Assembly: GCA_964035545.1 (NCBI GenBank) | Contig: CAXIUT010000275.1 | Location: 1-25,765, forward strand | Length of the DNA: 25,765 nt | Direction of reading: 5' to 3' | DNA from: Bugula neritina | Taxonomy: Eukaryota > Animalia > Bryozoa | Part shown: positions 22,611-25,765 of the stretch, piece by piece | How the letters are laid out: the number at the start of each line of letters is the position of its first letter | Numbering within the stretch: the stretch's first letter is position 1 | The notes under the pieces: model-generated | Told to the model about the DNA's origin: nothing | The model's database searches: none | What the model saw: the letters and a program-made list of their open reading frames with translations, nothing else | Translations under genes and position numbers: made by a program

Positions 22611-22816
22611 TTTAATTTAATTTATAATTCCTTTTGGAGGGATTTTATTTCAAATCAATATCCACTCCCACGTCAACACAAAACCATATCTAATCCAAAA
22701 AAACAACTCACAATCTGATCAATCGAAGACTATCTCAAAAAATCTCTAGATTTTATTTTTTAAAATAGCAGTCCATTTTTGATATTCCTTCATTGATTAT
22801 AAAAGATCATAAAAAT

Positions 22817-24139
22817 ATGAAATCATTCTTATCTCGATCACCTTTTACAGGACATATATTCGAACAAATCCCTTTCTGTTCTTCACCACATATTCAATAG
22901 CAATTACTCTTAGCCAGCAAAGGATATTAATTGCACAGTAAAAGATCAATTAAAGAGAAACAGGGATTGATTGGATCGGTAGGTAAGATGCTTCAAAAAA
23001 GAAAATAAGCTATTATTCAAGTATTTGGATAAGAAACAGGTAGAATTCGTGAATAAGTTGAATATTAAATCAATCAAACAACCAAATTATGCGATTTCTA
23101 TAGTCAGTATCGACAAGGTTTACTTACTTTTAATGTTAAAACAAACGCAAAAAAGAAAACTCTGATCAAATTAACTCCATTAGGCACAGTTTATTTTATA
23201 ATTCCATCAAACTATCCTCTATTAATTACTTTCTCGAAAATATTGCCCCAATTATTACTAGGCAATACAGTACTCATCCGTCCAAGTTATAATACTCCAT
23301 GCACATTGAAATTTATAGATAAAGCTATAAAACAAATAGGCCTATAACTAGGATAATATCAAACTATTTTTAATAGTTAATAACAATTCTAGTAAATTAT
23401 TGAAAATAAACAAATAATCGGAGTCAACTGCAGTGCTAGCAAATAAATAAGCTCTAAAGTAGCTTCAATAGCTGGAAAATGTCTAAAACCTTGGAATATA
23501 TCAACATAGTCTAGAAGTTTATTAGTTATAATGGAAGATGGTAGTTGCTAAAAAGCTATTGACTAGATTTTCAAACCTGGAATTCTATGTGGAGGGTAAG
23601 GATTCGGACCAAGAAAAGTTATTATCCATGAATCAGTTTATGAAAAGTTCAAAGAATTGTTGATGAATAAGTTAGAATCATTGATAGCTGGTGATCCTAT
23701 GAATAATGATATAAGTTTGGGACCTTTGCCTCGTTTGGAGCTCTTTAATGAGATATAAAACAATCTTAATTATTTATCAGGCTAATCTAGAGTTATTTAT
23801 CAAAAAAAGGGAATAAAACAACCATTTTTTCCACCAACAATATTTGAATCAGTTTAAAAATTGACATAAAATAACATAAAAGGTTTGGTTTTTGAATTAA
23901 TAAAAGTAAAATCAACTTAAAGTTTGATATCTCTTAGTAATAACATTGATTCAACCTCTATATTTATATTTAGTCAACAAAACTACAAGCATATTTTGTA
24001 AAAATTGGATACAGGAAGTATATTTATCAACAACTTCGACTACTTCAATCCAAAACATGTAGTTGGTTCTAAAATATTTAAATAAGGTTCAGGTTCAGTT
24101 AAACTTTTTGGAAACATTAAGACACAATATATAAACTGA
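22817..24139 (+). CDS. Aldehyde dehydrogenase fold protein (SSADH/Sad-like), 440 aa, catalytic motifs degenerate
   Basis: SRSPFTG, EETGR, PLGTVYFIIPSNYPL, LLLGNTVLIRPS, AGKCLKP, IIHESVYEKF, GDPMN..LGPL, FFPPTI, LDTGSIFIN and GNIKT in ALDH order. Confidence 0.85.
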
Positions 24140-24274
24140 TCTCAAATACTACAATATTTAACATCAATTATCATTATCTTTAAAAGATTGATTATCATGT
24201 ATTATAGATTATGAATATTGATATGTATTATTCGTTATATTAGATAATATATGGTAATAATCACTATTCTTGTT

Positions 24275-25504
24275 TCAATGACGAAAGACTGCATTTATTT
24301 ATCTTTTTTGTCTTTTATCCAAATGTTGTATATTTTTATAAGCTCCTTTCTTGGGTGCTCTCTACATTAACTTCCCAAAAAGACCGTTCTGATTACATAT
24401 TATCTTCTGAATCTTGTTAAATCTTATTTAACTCTGAGATACACTTTTATTCCTGATCCTTGAATTACAAATATTCTCATTTTTCTTTGCATATTTTATT
24501 ACATCTTTATTTATAGTTGATTTATTCGATTAAGTAGCCAATGATTAGCTCAAATTTTATGACTTTTTTCTTTTTTGTTTTTGTCCCTAATCCCTCAGTC
24601 TAATCACTTCTGTTTTTAGCATTTAATATCTAAGTTTTAATTCCTCTTTTTATTATATTTATTTATTCAATAGTCTTTTAGTTGCAATTTCTGATTACTT
24701 CATTTTACTAATACTCTTATCTTTTTAATACAAATTTTCAGTCATTTTTATTTTTTATTCTTTGTTTTTAGTCATAGTATAAAGCAATTATTTTTCTTTA
24801 CTTATAAATTAAATCGATTTATCTTTATTTCTATTGATCTAAATATTCTAATTAAGTTTTTTCTCAACAAAAAACATAAATTACTTATGTTTGATATCAA
24901 TCATTGATTCAATATCTTTTGTTTTTGATTATTTGTTTTTTATTTATTATTTTATCATCAACAACAACGTATCCTGTTTCTACTGCAGATGTCCTAACTC
25001 ACTAAACAAGTCTTTCATCAACTATCTGTTCCTTTATTTTTATTTTTTATCAATGTTCAGTAAAGATTTTTGATTTTCTTTATCAATTAACTACATCTCT
25101 TAAGCAATTTCATAACCAAGAATATCTTTAAATTTGCATAATCTTTTGGTAGTAAATTAAAGTTTAGACTCCAATTTTTATATTTCCTCTTTATTTTTGT
25201 ATTTATCCTAATCATATTTATTTTGAATTTAATCTACCTCTATTTCTAATAGATTTTTTTCCTCTTTAATTCTTTTAAAATTTTACTAAAAATCAAGAAC
25301 AACCCGACACTTCTTAACCTAACTCTGACGAATCATATTTTTACAGATAGGACATTTAGGAAATGCCTCGTGTCCAAAAAGTTCTTTTTTACAGCTTTAA
25401 CAAACTAGATGCTGATTTTAGCAGATAATAGTAGGATACCTATCTTGACTATTGAAATCAAGGAAGCAAAGAAAACAAGTGAAGTCGTATTTTTGAAATA
25501 ACAT
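24275..25504 (-). CDS. N-terminal RING finger plus long coiled-coil protein, 409 aa
   Basis: CFLC...YPTIICENQHLVCESC...CPIC, then an E/K-rich helical region; frame open from ATG to TGA. Confidence 0.85.
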
Positions 25505-25672
25505 GGCTAACTACCTTATTCAAATTAATATAAAAGGAAAATATTTAAATATATATTATGCGCTAATTTATATATCATATTAAAGAATTATTTAAAAGGA
25601 TAGTTTTAAAAGTTATTTAAAATAATGTTGTAAAGTAAATATTTTAAAAATTTAAATAATTATGAATTGTTA

Positions 25673-25765
25673 GGGGTTGGGGTTGGGGTTGGGGTTGGGG
25701 TTGGGGTTGGGGTTGGGGTTGGGGTTGGGGTTGGGGTTGGGGTTGGGGTTGGGGTTGGGGTTGGG
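25673..25765 (+). repeat. Right telomere, (GGGGTT)n
   Basis: Perfect G4T2 array running to the window end, after ~170 nt of AT-rich subtelomere. Confidence 0.97.

Noticed and set aside
968-25073. Most ORFs in the supplied six-frame track
   Set aside because: They were computed with TAA/TAG as stops. Only 4098, 4849, 12877 and 18396-18617 are fragments of real frames; the rest are antisense or off-frame shadows.

Overview
Very AT-rich eukaryotic DNA with (C4A2)n at the left end and (G4T2)n at the right end, plus two internal G4T2 tracts. It looks like ciliate macronuclear DNA. The supplied ORF track is largely uninformative because TAA and TAG are sense codons here. They occupy invariant glutamate positions in several proteins, every gene ends in TGA, and CAA/CAG remain Gln. 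This is the UAR=Glu code (NCBI table 30, described from peritrich ciliates). Re-read by hand with that code, the window is densely packed with genes, and most spliceosomal introns are exactly 19-20 nt. Bases 1-13350 form a complete telomere-to-telomere multi-gene minichromosome: Schlafen/AlbA_2-like gene, two tandem LCCL-coiled-coil-RING genes, MEMO1, a SHIPPO-repeat protein, a DSP pseudophosphatase, a small ORF, a Ser/Thr kinase and a TBC RabGAP. Two further units (13351-14516 and 14517-25765) have only a right telomere and carry coiled-coil proteins, an MSH4 with a lost P-loop, a histidine phosphatase, thymidine kinase, an ALDH pseudoenzyme and a RING protein. Most notable are the cytosolic LCCL-RING pair next to a Schlafen-like gene, the ~20-nt intron class, the telomere architecture and four apparent pseudoenzymes. 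All translations and family calls are by eye from remembered motifs; no searches were run.
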